A DNA stretch of 64,000 nucleotides from Candidatus Mediterraneibacter stercoripullorum (GTDB lineage Bacteria > Bacillota > Clostridia > Lachnospirales > Lachnospiraceae): contig DXCZ01000101.1 in NCBI GenBank assembly GCA_019115765.1, positions 9,051 through 73,050 on the forward strand. The letters run 5' to 3'. Below, in pieces: positions 54,463 through 64,000 of the stretch. The notes beneath the pieces were generated by a model. The model was not told the origin of the DNA. It saw only the letters and a list, made by a program, of their open reading frames with translations, and searched no databases. The position numbers and the translations under genes are program-made. Each line of letters begins with the position of its first letter. The first letter of the stretch is position 1.

Positions 54463-55152
54463 TTATTTTATGCTGTGAGCCATTTCGGTTATATCTGTAT
54501 CTGCCGTCTGCTGTTTATCTTCGGTCCCGACTGTCTCTTCGCTCTTTCCTTCGCACATGAGCAGGATATTGGACAGCAGGCAGGAGCAGAGAAATGCGCA
54601 GAGCCCCATTCCGAAAATAACTGCCGGCGTGAAGATGTTGATGATCACAAATGCCATGACAAAGTAGATCACTGCCATCAGTACGGTGCAGAGCAGGAAA
54701 CGCATGCCGATCATGATCGCGTTCTTGAACATGGCGGGCGTGGTATTGTCAAATCTGGCCAGAAGCGGGAAGATGTACATCAGTATGACAGCATATGCCG
54801 CCAGCACTACCAGAAAGACGGCTGAGCACAGTGTCCAGAATACATTTTCAAACTTCATATGCCAGAGGACGTAGCCGTCAACTCCCAGGACAATCCCGAC
54901 GGCGAGGAGGATCAGCCAGATGACTGTGCCCTGACGGAAATTCTCTCTAAAAGAGCGGAAAAAGGCGGACGTGACGTTTCCTTCTTCGTTTTTCGCCATC
55001 TTCTCTGTGACATAAAAGAGCGCGGTTGTGGAAGCTCCGATGGTAAAGATCGGAATGCAGCAGATGAACCACAGAATGTTCAGATAAACGGATGTTACGA
55101 TTTTCGTGATAAACTGCATGACCGGGTTATCGGGGTTGATGAAACTGTTCAT
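54463..55152 (-). CDS. YesL/DUF624 membrane protein
   Basis: LNILWFICCIPIFTIGASTTAL, FRENFRQ and FPLLARF motifs. Confidence 0.88.
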   Translation of the reverse strand: MNSFINPDNPVMQFITKIVTSVYLNILWFICCIPIFTIGASTTALFYVTEKMAKNEEGNVTSAFFRSFRENFRQGTVIWLILLAVGIVLGVDGYVLWHMKFENVFWTLCSAVFLVVLAAYAVILMYIFPLLARFDNTTPAMFKNAIMIGMRFLLCTVLMAVIYFVMAFVIINIFTPAVIFGMGLCAFLCSCLLSNILLMCEGKSEETVGTEDKQQTADTDITEMAHSIK

Positions 55153-55203
55153 GATCTTCCTCCTGAATTAAATATAAATCTATGGTTTCCTTACGCTGTC
55201 GGG

Positions 55204-56274
55204 TCAGCCTTCTGTAGATTCTCTGTAGATCAGGTCTGTCTCCGTGTGCATGGTGCGGTAGTTGAGCGACGGCTGTTTGATCCTGGAGATAAGCATCTGA
55301 ACTGCCGCAAGTCCGATGGCCTGACTGTGTATATGGATCGTGGTCAGCGACGGGGTCATGATCCGTGACTCCGGAGAATCGTCAAATCCGCACAGATATA
55401 CATCCTGCGGAACTGAATACCCCAGCTCTTTCAATACCTGCATAACGTCAAGAGCGATGAAGTCATTCGCGCAGATGAAGACGTCCGGCAGCTGATCCAG
55501 TTTTTGTATTTTATCTGCAAGGTATTCCCTGTAGTCGGAAGTAGACGGATTGCGTACTCCTTCCTTATTATTTATAATACAATATTCATCCTGGCATGTA
55601 AGTCCGGAAAGATACATGGCGTCACGATATCCCATATAACGTTCAAAAAAGGACTGGCAGTGCAGATACTGACCAATAAATCCGATCTTTGTTCTGCCGC
55701 GTTTTACCATTTCTTTTACAAACAGATAAATATTAGTTGTGTTATCCATATATAATCTGTCGGCATCCAAAGGCTCATCAAGTCCGACGACTGGTGAGTC
55801 GATAAAAAGGATCGGCATATCGAGCCGGCAAAGCATCTGGCTGTATCGATAGTTAAACATTTCAACGCAGACGATACCTGCGGTCTGTTCCTCTGTAAAG
55901 GTGGCAGGCAGAGTGAGGGAGTCAATCTCCTCCGGAAGAACTCGGTGCATGGTAAGGCAATATCCCAGCTGAGAGAGTTCTCTCTGGAATTTGTCCAGCA
56001 TTGGAGAAGCAAAATGAGAGCTGCCCACAAAATTTGCTGTAAACAATGCGATCTCGCACTTTTCTTTTGGAATAGAAAGAGAGAGCGAGGGTGTTGTATT
56101 GTCTGAGACTGTTATATATGAAAACTGTTTGTATCCCATTTCTGCGGCTTTTTTCAAGACTTTATCCCGGGTTGAGTCGGCAAGGATGCCGGTATTATTG
56201 ATTGCTTTTGAAACAGTATTGCGGGAAACGCCAAGGGCATCCGCAATATCTTGAATAGTAACTTTAACTGCCAT
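55204..56274 (-). CDS. LacI family transcriptional regulator
   Basis: VTIQDIADALGVSRNTVSKAIN, ANDFIA, GFDD and PSLTT motifs; CAGGAGG RBS. Confidence 0.95.
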   Translation of the reverse strand: MAVKVTIQDIADALGVSRNTVSKAINNTGILADSTRDKVLKKAAEMGYKQFSYITVSDNTTPSLSLSIPKEKCEIALFTANFVGSSHFASPMLDKFQRELSQLGYCLTMHRVLPEEIDSLTLPATFTEEQTAGIVCVEMFNYRYSQMLCRLDMPILFIDSPVVGLDEPLDADRLYMDNTTNIYLFVKEMVKRGRTKIGFIGQYLHCQSFFERYMGYRDAMYLSGLTCQDEYCIINNKEGVRNPSTSDYREYLADKIQKLDQLPDVFICANDFIALDVMQVLKELGYSVPQDVYLCGFDDSPESRIMTPSLTTIHIHSQAIGLAAVQMLISRIKQPSLNYRTMHTETDLIYRESTEG

Positions 56275-56313
56275 GGCAACCTCCTGTTTTATACTTTTTG
56301 TTTTACATTTCAT

Positions 56314-56342
56314 ATTATAATGCACAAAATTAAATGTGTCAA
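56314..56342 (-). promoter_or_regulatory. Consensus SigA promoter of the LacI gene
   Basis: TTGACA-17 nt-TATAAT on the minus strand. Confidence 0.8.
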
Positions 56343-56480
56343 ATGTAAAAATGCAAAAAAATTAAATTATTTTATTCATATTAAATAAAAAGATGTTTTT
56401 AAAACTCAAAAAAATTGTACATTTGCTAGAACGGAAAATAAAAAAGCAAAATACAAATAGCATAAATGTCAAAAAATATA

Positions 56481-56509
56481 TTGACGAATTGTAAGAACAG
56501 TGATATAAA
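56481..56509 (+). promoter_or_regulatory. SigA promoter of the sugar ABC operon
   Basis: TTGACG-17 nt-TATAAA with extended -10 TG. Confidence 0.7.
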
Positions 56510-56621
56510 ATACGTATAAGATCTCGAACAAACTTTTACAAATGCACAAATTGAGGCATCGTGGGAAGAAAAGGGGGCAGGAGAAAGGGATGGGAGAGAT
56601 GATTGTAGAAAGGAGGACTAT

Positions 56622-57572
56622 ATGAAAACAAGTTCAAAAGCTGTTTCCGCGGTGAAACAAAAGAAAAAAGGCACAGGTTTTCACAATACAGTTGTATATG
56701 TAAAACAACACTGGCAGCTGTATTTGATATTTCTGCTGCCGGCTTTGCTCCTTACTTTGATCTTCAAGTATGGACCGATGGGCGGTGTCCTGATCGCGTT
56801 TCAGGATTACAATCCGATCAGAGGAATCTTCGGGAGCGAATGGGTTGGCCTGGAACATTTCCAGAGATTTATGTCATCTCCGGATTTCCTTCAGTATCTG
56901 GGCAATACGTTAAAACTTAGTATTTATGGATTGCTGTGGGGATTCCCGATTCCGATCCTGCTGGCGTTCCTGCTGAACAGGATCCAGAGCGCGGGCATTA
57001 AGAGAAAGATCCAGCTGGTACTGTATATGCCGAACTTTATTTCGGTTATCGTACTCTGTGGTATCGTCAGGATTTTCCTTTCGGTAACAGGGCCGATCAA
57101 TCTTTTGCTGGATTCCAACATTAACTTTATGACCATGCCTGGAGCGTTCCGCACAATTTATATTGTCAGCAGTATCTGGCAGACAGCAGGCTGGGCGTCT
57201 ATCATGTATACGGCGTCACTGTCAAATGCAAGCCAGGAGCTGAAAGAGGCCGCGGTCATCGACGGAGCAAACATTTTTCAGCAGATTAAGGCTGTTGAAT
57301 GGCCTGCGATCAAAGATATGGTGGTCATCCAGTTTATTCTTCAGGCCGGAAATATCATGAGTATCGGTTTTGAAAAGGCCTATGCTCTGCAGACTGACCT
57401 GAATATGGATACTTCTGAGATCATTGCTACATATGTTTATAAACGGGGTCTTCTGGACGGAGATTACAGCTTTTCAACAGCAGTCGGTCTGTTTAACACG
57501 GTCATAAACGTGATCCTGCTGATCGTAGTGAACAAGATCGTCGCCAAGATGAACGAAGGACAGGGATTATAG
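56622..57572 (+). CDS. Carbohydrate ABC transporter permease 1
   Basis: WVGLEHF and EAAVIDGA (EAA loop) motifs. Confidence 0.93.
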   Translation: MKTSSKAVSAVKQKKKGTGFHNTVVYVKQHWQLYLIFLLPALLLTLIFKYGPMGGVLIAFQDYNPIRGIFGSEWVGLEHFQRFMSSPDFLQYLGNTLKLSIYGLLWGFPIPILLAFLLNRIQSAGIKRKIQLVLYMPNFISVIVLCGIVRIFLSVTGPINLLLDSNINFMTMPGAFRTIYIVSSIWQTAGWASIMYTASLSNASQELKEAAVIDGANIFQQIKAVEWPAIKDMVVIQFILQAGNIMSIGFEKAYALQTDLNMDTSEIIATYVYKRGLLDGDYSFSTAVGLFNTVINVILLIVVNKIVAKMNEGQGL

Positions 57573-57584
57573 AGGAGGAGCAAG

Positions 57585-58484
57585 ATGAAAAAGAAAAGCA
57601 GATTTGCCAGATATTCCATACAGGACAAGGCATTGCTGTCATGCGGATATATACTGCTCGGCCTGTTTGTTGTCGCCATCGTCGTTCCGATGATCTACAT
57701 TGTGGTAGCTTCCTTTATGGATCCGGTCACCCTGCAGAACAAAGGTATTACATTTGACTTCAGCAAATGGACCCTGACCGCATATGAGCGTGTTATGTCC
57801 AATGCACAGATCTGGGTAGGTTTCAAAAATGCGGTGATCTATTCCGTATTATTTACAGTGATATCTGTACTGGTCACGCTGTTGGCGGCTTACCCCATGT
57901 CACAGAAAAATTTCAGAGGAAGAGGGTTCTTCAACGTACTTTTTATGATCACCATGTTCTTTGGCGGCGGTATGATTCCCACCTACCTGCTGATCTACAA
58001 CCTGGGACTGCTTGATACTATGTGGGCGGTCATCCTTCCGGGCGCGTTCAGCGTGTGGAACATGATCATCGCCAGAACATATTATCAGGGGATTCCCGGC
58101 GAGCTCCGGGAGGCTGCTCAGGTGGACGGGGCAAACGAACTGGTGTATTACTTCAAGATCCTGCTTCCGGTATGTACACCGGTCATCGCAGTGCTTGCGC
58201 TGTGGCAGTTTGTTGCCATGTGGAACAGCTATTTTGACGCCATGATCTATCTGAATGATGCGTCCAAACAGCCGCTGCAGCTGGTACTCAGGTCTATCCT
58301 GATCCAGAACCAGCCGGAGTCCGGCATGATCTCGGATATGCAAAGTACCGCGGAGAGAGCACAGCTGGCTGAACTCCTGAAGTACGCTACTATCATCGTT
58401 TCCAGCTTACCGCTTCTGGTTATGTATCCTTTCTTCCAGAAGTATTTTGACAGCGGGATTATGGCTGGATCTGTAAAGGGATAG
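57585..58484 (+). CDS. Carbohydrate ABC transporter permease 2
   Basis: GGMIPTY, EAAQVDGA and YPFFQKYF motifs. Confidence 0.93.
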   Translation: MKKKSRFARYSIQDKALLSCGYILLGLFVVAIVVPMIYIVVASFMDPVTLQNKGITFDFSKWTLTAYERVMSNAQIWVGFKNAVIYSVLFTVISVLVTLLAAYPMSQKNFRGRGFFNVLFMITMFFGGGMIPTYLLIYNLGLLDTMWAVILPGAFSVWNMIIARTYYQGIPGELREAAQVDGANELVYYFKILLPVCTPVIAVLALWQFVAMWNSYFDAMIYLNDASKQPLQLVLRSILIQNQPESGMISDMQSTAERAQLAELLKYATIIVSSLPLLVMYPFFQKYFDSGIMAGSVKG

Positions 58485-58607
58485 AGGCGGAGACTGGCCG
58501 GAGAAAGCTGATCTTATCAGATCGGCAGACAGAGATTATTGGAAGAAAATCTACATCATATAAGCTGAACGAACAGCTGAACAGGCAATGATGAAAGGAG
58601 ACGAACA

Positions 58608-60293
58608 ATGAAAAAAAGATATTATAAGCGTGTGATCGCGGCTGCGCTTGCGGCGGGAATGGTAGCTTCACTGACAGCATGCGGCGGAAGTAAAGTAGAG
58701 CTTAATACCGGAGAATTCCAGGAGGTAGATCCTTCGGAGCTGGAATTTCCTCTTGCTGAGACGGCGACATTGACAGGTATGACAAGTTATCCTGCCAATA
58801 CAGAATCTGAACCCAATAACCGTACGATTTTCAAGCGTCTGGAAGAAAAGACTAATGTTCATATTGACTGGACTGCGATCCAGAGCGATCAGTGGGCGGA
58901 CAAGATTACCCTTGCCATGGCAAACCCGGATTCGCTGACAGATTTTATTTTCAGCGCGGATTTTAGTGACAGCGATCTGCTGAAATATGCAGATCAGGGT
59001 ATCATCATTCCTCTGGAAGAGTACATAGACGCATATATGCCGAACCTGACAGCGGTCTTTGAAAAATATCCGGAATATCGGAAAATGTGTGAAGACACAG
59101 ACGGCCATATATGGGCGCTGCCCTGGATCGAGCAGCTCGGTTCAGGCAAAGAAGCCATCCAGACAGTTGGAAATATGAGCTTTATCAATAAAAAATGGCT
59201 TGATTTCCTTGGACTGGATGTTCCGGAGACTGTAGATGAGTTTGAGCAGGTCCTGATCGCTTTCCGCGACAACGCGTCAGCAATCCAGGAAGAGTTCGGA
59301 ATCGAGGGAAGCATCATCCCCATGTCCTGTATCGTAAATGACGGCGACCAGGACTGCGGTATCCTGATCAACGGATTCGGAGAAGGGTACGGGGATATGG
59401 ACAAAGGAAGACATATCGCTGTCACGGACGATCTGGAAGTGATCAGCGCCGCTACGCAGGAAGGGTATAAGGACGGAATCACATGGCTGCATAAGCTGTA
59501 TGAAGAAGGTCTGATCGATTCGGAAGCATTTACCCAGGAGTGGTCTACATATGTATCCAAAGGAAAATCCGGACGCTACGGCGTATGCTTCAGCTGGGAT
59601 GTGGCAAACATCGACAATCTTCAGGACTGGGTGCCGCTGCCGGCGCTGACAGCAGATACAAGAAACATCACGCCTCAGAACGGATCCTTTACAAGTGGAT
59701 TTAACAGAGGACGCTGCGTAGTAACGGCAGTCGCGCAGAATCCGGCTCTTGTATGCGCTTGGCTGGATCAGATGTATGATCCCTTCCAGTCTCCGCAGAA
59801 CAACTGGGGAACCTATGGAGAAGACGATGATTTCGATATCTTCGAGCTGGGAGAGAACGCAGAGGGCGGAGAAATGCTGGTACATGCTCCGCTGGGCGAC
59901 GCATCGCCGGTTGAGGTAAGAGAGGCTGAAAGTGTAAACGGCCCCCTTGCCGTGCTGGATGACTATTATGATGTTTATGTTACCTGCCCGGATGACGCGC
60001 AGTATCGTCTGGACTGGATCAAAGAATACTATACGCCGGATATGAACAGGGATTATGTATATCCCAATGTGCTCATGAGCCAGGAAGATACAGATACCAT
60101 CGCTGACCTTGAGACGGATATCAGCCAGCTGATCAATGAGAAGAAGGCAGACTGGATAATGAACGGATTCACTGACGCTGACTGGGAGCAGTATCTGAGC
60201 GATCTTGACGCTTATGGACTGGCGGAATATCTGGAAGTACACCAGAAATATCTGGATGACTATTATTCGGATGTAGATGCTGCAGAGCAGTAA
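58608..60293 (+). CDS. Carbohydrate ABC transporter substrate-binding lipoprotein
   Basis: Lipobox LTAC; EEKTNVHIDW; acidic SBP composition. Confidence 0.92.
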   Translation: MKKRYYKRVIAAALAAGMVASLTACGGSKVELNTGEFQEVDPSELEFPLAETATLTGMTSYPANTESEPNNRTIFKRLEEKTNVHIDWTAIQSDQWADKITLAMANPDSLTDFIFSADFSDSDLLKYADQGIIIPLEEYIDAYMPNLTAVFEKYPEYRKMCEDTDGHIWALPWIEQLGSGKEAIQTVGNMSFINKKWLDFLGLDVPETVDEFEQVLIAFRDNASAIQEEFGIEGSIIPMSCIVNDGDQDCGILINGFGEGYGDMDKGRHIAVTDDLEVISAATQEGYKDGITWLHKLYEEGLIDSEAFTQEWSTYVSKGKSGRYGVCFSWDVANIDNLQDWVPLPALTADTRNITPQNGSFTSGFNRGRCVVTAVAQNPALVCAWLDQMYDPFQSPQNNWGTYGEDDDFDIFELGENAEGGEMLVHAPLGDASPVEVREAESVNGPLAVLDDYYDVYVTCPDDAQYRLDWIKEYYTPDMNRDYVYPNVLMSQEDTDTIADLETDISQLINEKKADWIMNGFTDADWEQYLSDLDAYGLAEYLEVHQKYLDDYYSDVDAAEQ

Positions 60294-60335
60294 AAGAAGA
60301 TTAAAAATATAGAAGTATCACAGGAGATTTTTATT

Positions 60336-61877
60336 ATGACAAGTCAGACACTGCGTGAAGCTAGAAAATATGAAGAGGCTTCCGAAAAAATGATCAAGAA
60401 AGAGGAACGTCCGGATTTCCATTTGTCCGCACGCACGGGTTGGATGAATGATCCCAACGGATTTTCATACTACAATGGTCAGTATCATATGTTTTACCAG
60501 TATTATCCCTATGAACCGAAATGGGGACCCATGCATTGGGGGCATGCCGTGAGTAAAGATCTCCTGCACTGGGAGTACCTGCCGGCTGCCCTGGCTCCGG
60601 ATGAGGTTTATGACAGGGACGGATGCTTTTCCGGGAGCGCTGTGACGCTTCCGGACGGCAGACATCTGCTGATGTACACCGGCGTACTGCGGGAACGCCA
60701 GCCGAACGGCGGCTTCTGCGATGTACAGACTCAGTGCCTTGCTGTGGGAGACGGCGTGGATTACGAGAAATATGAGGGCAATCCGGTACTGGACGCAAAG
60801 GATCTTCCGGAGGGCGGCAGCAGGTTTGATTTCCGGGATCCGAAAATGTGGAGGAAAGAGGATGGCACATACTGCTGCGTCGTGGGAAACCGCCCTGCGG
60901 ACGGCAGCGGCCAGATCCTGCTCTTTACAAGCCCGGACGGGTTCAAATGGAGCTTTAAAAAGGTGCTTGCCGCCAACAACAACCGGTTCGGTAAGATGTG
61001 GGAGTGTCCGGACTTCTTTGAACTGGACGGGAAATGGATCCTGCTCACAAGTCCTCAGGATATGCTGCCTTCCGAATTCGAATACCACAATGGAAACGGA
61101 ACGCTCTGCCTGATCGGCGAGTACGATGAGGAGACAGATACATTTACAGAACAGCATGACCAGGCCATTGATTACGGAATCGACTTTTACGCGCCACAGA
61201 CCGTGCTGACTCCGGACGGCCGCCGGGTGATGATCGGCTGGATGCAGAACTGGGATACATGTAATCTCCGGTCGCCGGAGGAAAAATGGCTGGGACAGAT
61301 GAGCCTTCCCAGAGAACTGTTCATCAAAGACGGCCGGCTTTATCAGAGACCTGTCAGAGAGCTGAATGATATGCGGAGAGATAAAGTGGAATATCACAAT
61401 GTGACCTTCTCCGATGTGATCAGCCTGGACGGGATCGGCGGAAGAAGGATCGACATGGAGCTGACGCTCCGTCCGGGAGATCCGGAGAAACTGTATCAGA
61501 AGTTCGCAGTGCGTTTCGCTCAGGACGACAGATACCAGACAGCGCTCAGTTTCCGGCCCCATGAGTCTATCCTCAAGGTGGATCGGAAGTTCTCAGGCTC
61601 CAGGAGAGCGATCATCCATCAGCGCAGAAGTCTTGTGAACAGCAAAAACGGGGAACTGAAACTGCGGATGATCCTTGACCGGTTCAGCGTGGAAGTGTTC
61701 GTCAATGACGGCGAGCAGGTCATGACAGCGATCATGTATACGGATCAGGCCGCGGATGGAATCTCTTTCTTCGCAGACGGCAAGGTCTCTATGGACGTAG
61801 TGAAATACGATCTGGTCTCACAGGAAGATGAAACTTCCGGATCTGTTCCCGGCCGGAAGTTGTGGAGGGAAAGATGA
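60336..61877 (+). CDS. GH32 beta-fructofuranosidase / sucrose hydrolase
   Basis: WMNDPNG, FSGSA, FRDP and WECP catalytic motifs. Confidence 0.95.
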   Translation: MTSQTLREARKYEEASEKMIKKEERPDFHLSARTGWMNDPNGFSYYNGQYHMFYQYYPYEPKWGPMHWGHAVSKDLLHWEYLPAALAPDEVYDRDGCFSGSAVTLPDGRHLLMYTGVLRERQPNGGFCDVQTQCLAVGDGVDYEKYEGNPVLDAKDLPEGGSRFDFRDPKMWRKEDGTYCCVVGNRPADGSGQILLFTSPDGFKWSFKKVLAANNNRFGKMWECPDFFELDGKWILLTSPQDMLPSEFEYHNGNGTLCLIGEYDEETDTFTEQHDQAIDYGIDFYAPQTVLTPDGRRVMIGWMQNWDTCNLRSPEEKWLGQMSLPRELFIKDGRLYQRPVRELNDMRRDKVEYHNVTFSDVISLDGIGGRRIDMELTLRPGDPEKLYQKFAVRFAQDDRYQTALSFRPHESILKVDRKFSGSRRAIIHQRRSLVNSKNGELKLRMILDRFSVEVFVNDGEQVMTAIMYTDQAADGISFFADGKVSMDVVKYDLVSQEDETSGSVPGRKLWRER

Positions 61878-63709
61878 GAAAGGATGAGATATTTCAGAAA
61901 CGTCTGGACAGGCATCATGATGAACTGAGATGGCTTTACATGGAGTTGTATCAGAACGGAGACATGTTTGCGGAACTGTGTGACAATCTGTATCGCTTTT
62001 ACAGTGAACGAAGTGCCGGCCTGAGGAAGAGGGATGTGCAGAGGGAGAAAGATCCGGAATGGTTTAAGAGAAATGACATGCTGGGGATGATGCTGTATAT
62101 TGATAATTTCGCAGGAAATCTGAGTGGAGTGGAGGCGAAGCTGCCTTATCTGGAATCCTGCGGGGTAAACTGTATCCATCTGATGCCGTTTCTTGATTCA
62201 CCCAAAGGACGATCTGATGGCGGATATGCTGTGGCGGATTTTCGAAAAGTAAAGCCGGAACTGGGAACAATGGAGGAACTGGCACACCTGGCTGATGCCT
62301 GTCATGAAAAGGGAATGAATCTGTGCATGGATTTTGTTATGAATCACACGTCAGAGGATCATGAGTGGGCGAGGCGTGCAAGGCGTGGAGAAGGCGAATA
62401 TATGAGCCGCTATTTCTTCTTTGACACGGATGAGATACCGAAAAAATATGAAGAGACCGTTCCTCAGGTATTCCCGACTACTGCTCCGGGAAATTTCACA
62501 TGGCTTCCAGATGCCGGACATTATGTGATGACTACATTTTATCCTTATCAGTGGGATCTGAACTACAGGAATCCCCGTGTGTTTAATGAGATGATGTATA
62601 ATTTCCTTTTCCTGGCGAATCAGGGAATGGATATCATACGGATAGATGCGGTCCCTTACATATGGAAAGAGCTGGGGACGCAGTGCAGAAACCTGCCTCA
62701 GGTCCATACCATTGTACGAATGATGCGGATGATCGGGGAAATTGTATGCCCCAGTGTACTGCTTCTGGGAGAAGTGGTGATGGAGCCGGAGAAAGTGGCG
62801 CCTTATTTTGGAACGGTGGAAAAGCCGGAGTGCCATATGCTGTATAATGTAACGACAATGGCGACAATCTGGAATACAGTGGCGACAAAAGACGTCCGCC
62901 TGCTTAGAAAACAGATGGACATTGTATACGCTCTGCCGAAAAAGTATACATTTCTGAATTATCTCAGGTGTCATGATGACATTGGATGGGGACTGGATTA
63001 TGAAACTCTTAAGGAGTGGGGGATGGAAGAAATCCCTCACAAACGTTTCCTGAATGATTATTTTACCGGGAAAATCCCGGGAAGTGTAAGCAGGGGAGAG
63101 CTGTATAATGATGATCCGGTAACATGCGACGCCAGATTCTGCGGAACAACGGCGTCTATGTGCGGTGTTGAGAGCGCAGAGTTTGAGAAGGACGAAGAGA
63201 AACTTGAAGATGCCATCCGTTTGGATCTCATGCTTCACGCATATATTCTCTGTCAGTCCGGGATCCCCATGCTTTACAGCGGGGATGAAATCGGGCAGGT
63301 AAATGATTACAGCTATAAAGATGATCCGGATAAAGCAGCTGACTCCCGCTATATCCACAGGGGAAGATTCTGTTGGGAACTTGAAAAGAAACGGGATGAT
63401 AAAGAAAGTATGCAGGGGAAGATCTTTCAGGGGCTGAAACGGCTGGAGGAAATACGAAAAACAGAAGATGTATTTGGTTCATCAGCGGAGGTTTATACTT
63501 ATGATGTGCATAATGCATCTGTACTCTGTATTATGAGAAGGACAGAAAGCGACAGATTTTTCGGTATTTTTAATTTCAGCGGCAGGGATGAGACTGCATG
63601 GATGAAAGAAGATGGGAAATTCATTAATCTCCTGACGGGGGAGAAAACTGCTGTTGAAAATATCGTGGTGCCCGGACACAGCTTCTGCTGGATAAAGAGT
63701 CAAGTCTGA
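61874..63709 (+). CDS. GH13 amylosucrase / sucrose hydrolase-like enzyme
   Basis: SDGGYAV, DFVMNHTS, RIDAVPYIWK, GEVV and RCHDDIGW motifs. Confidence 0.88.
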   Translation: MRKDEIFQKRLDRHHDELRWLYMELYQNGDMFAELCDNLYRFYSERSAGLRKRDVQREKDPEWFKRNDMLGMMLYIDNFAGNLSGVEAKLPYLESCGVNCIHLMPFLDSPKGRSDGGYAVADFRKVKPELGTMEELAHLADACHEKGMNLCMDFVMNHTSEDHEWARRARRGEGEYMSRYFFFDTDEIPKKYEETVPQVFPTTAPGNFTWLPDAGHYVMTTFYPYQWDLNYRNPRVFNEMMYNFLFLANQGMDIIRIDAVPYIWKELGTQCRNLPQVHTIVRMMRMIGEIVCPSVLLLGEVVMEPEKVAPYFGTVEKPECHMLYNVTTMATIWNTVATKDVRLLRKQMDIVYALPKKYTFLNYLRCHDDIGWGLDYETLKEWGMEEIPHKRFLNDYFTGKIPGSVSRGELYNDDPVTCDARFCGTTASMCGVESAEFEKDEEKLEDAIRLDLMLHAYILCQSGIPMLYSGDEIGQVNDYSYKDDPDKAADSRYIHRGRFCWELEKKRDDKESMQGKIFQGLKRLEEIRKTEDVFGSSAEVYTYDVHNASVLCIMRRTESDRFFGIFNFSGRDETAWMKEDGKFINLLTGEKTAVENIVVPGHSFCWIKSQV

Positions 63710-63765
63710 AGAAAATAAAATTATGCCGATGATTTCCGGCAGGATAAATGGAAAGGAACAGAGCT

Positions 63766-64000
63766 GTGAAAAAATATGATGTTACTGCATTAGGAGAATT
63801 ATTAATAGATTTTACAGAATATGGCACCAGCGGCCAGGGAAATCCGGTCTTTGAAGCAAATCCCGGCGGAGCGCCCTGCAACGTGCTGGCCATGCTGACA
63901 AAACTGGGGCATAAGACCGCTTTTATCGGAAAGGTTGGAAAAGATTTCTTCGGAGAGCAGCTGAGATCATCCATCGAAGAAGTGGGGATTGATTCTACTT
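63766..64000 (+). CDS. PfkB family sugar kinase (probable fructokinase), truncated by the window edge
   Basis: ALGELLIDF, NPGGAPCNV and FIGKVGKDFFG motifs. Confidence 0.88.
   Translation, partial: MKKYDVTALGELLIDFTEYGTSGQGNPVFEANPGGAPCNVLAMLTKLGHKTAFIGKVGKDFFGEQLRSSIEEVGIDST

Overview
64-kb chromosomal segment with the gene content and style of a Lachnospiraceae-like Clostridia genome (taxonomy is inferred). It is mostly housekeeping and metabolic: a complete F1Fo ATP synthase operon (atpBEFHAGDC), a complete V/A-type ATPase operon (ntpFIKECGABD), tadA, moaA, the large SRP RNA, trmL, glgCD, rpmG-secE-nusG-rplK-rplA, murF, ddl, pncB, and a LacI-regulated sucrose/fructan ABC-GH32-amylosucrase-kinase locus. 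There is no CRISPR array, prophage, tRNA/rRNA or intact IS transposase. The most unusual signal is non-coding: several families of hairpin-rich repeats. (A) A 181-bp structured element without terminal inverted repeats occurs as two 98%-identical copies, each inside a broken gene, plus one 5'-truncated copy. (B) A ~185-nt element occurs twice with a conserved 106-nt core and an outer stalk that has diverged by compensatory base-pair changes. (C-F) REP/REPIN-like palindromes occur at several sites, and some supply the stop codons of conserved genes. Also noted: an Rpn-family nuclease with a probable internal small ORF, an unannotated 33-aa membrane peptide, and a possible ACG start codon for atpB. 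All family assignments come from motif recognition by eye; no database search or folding program was run.
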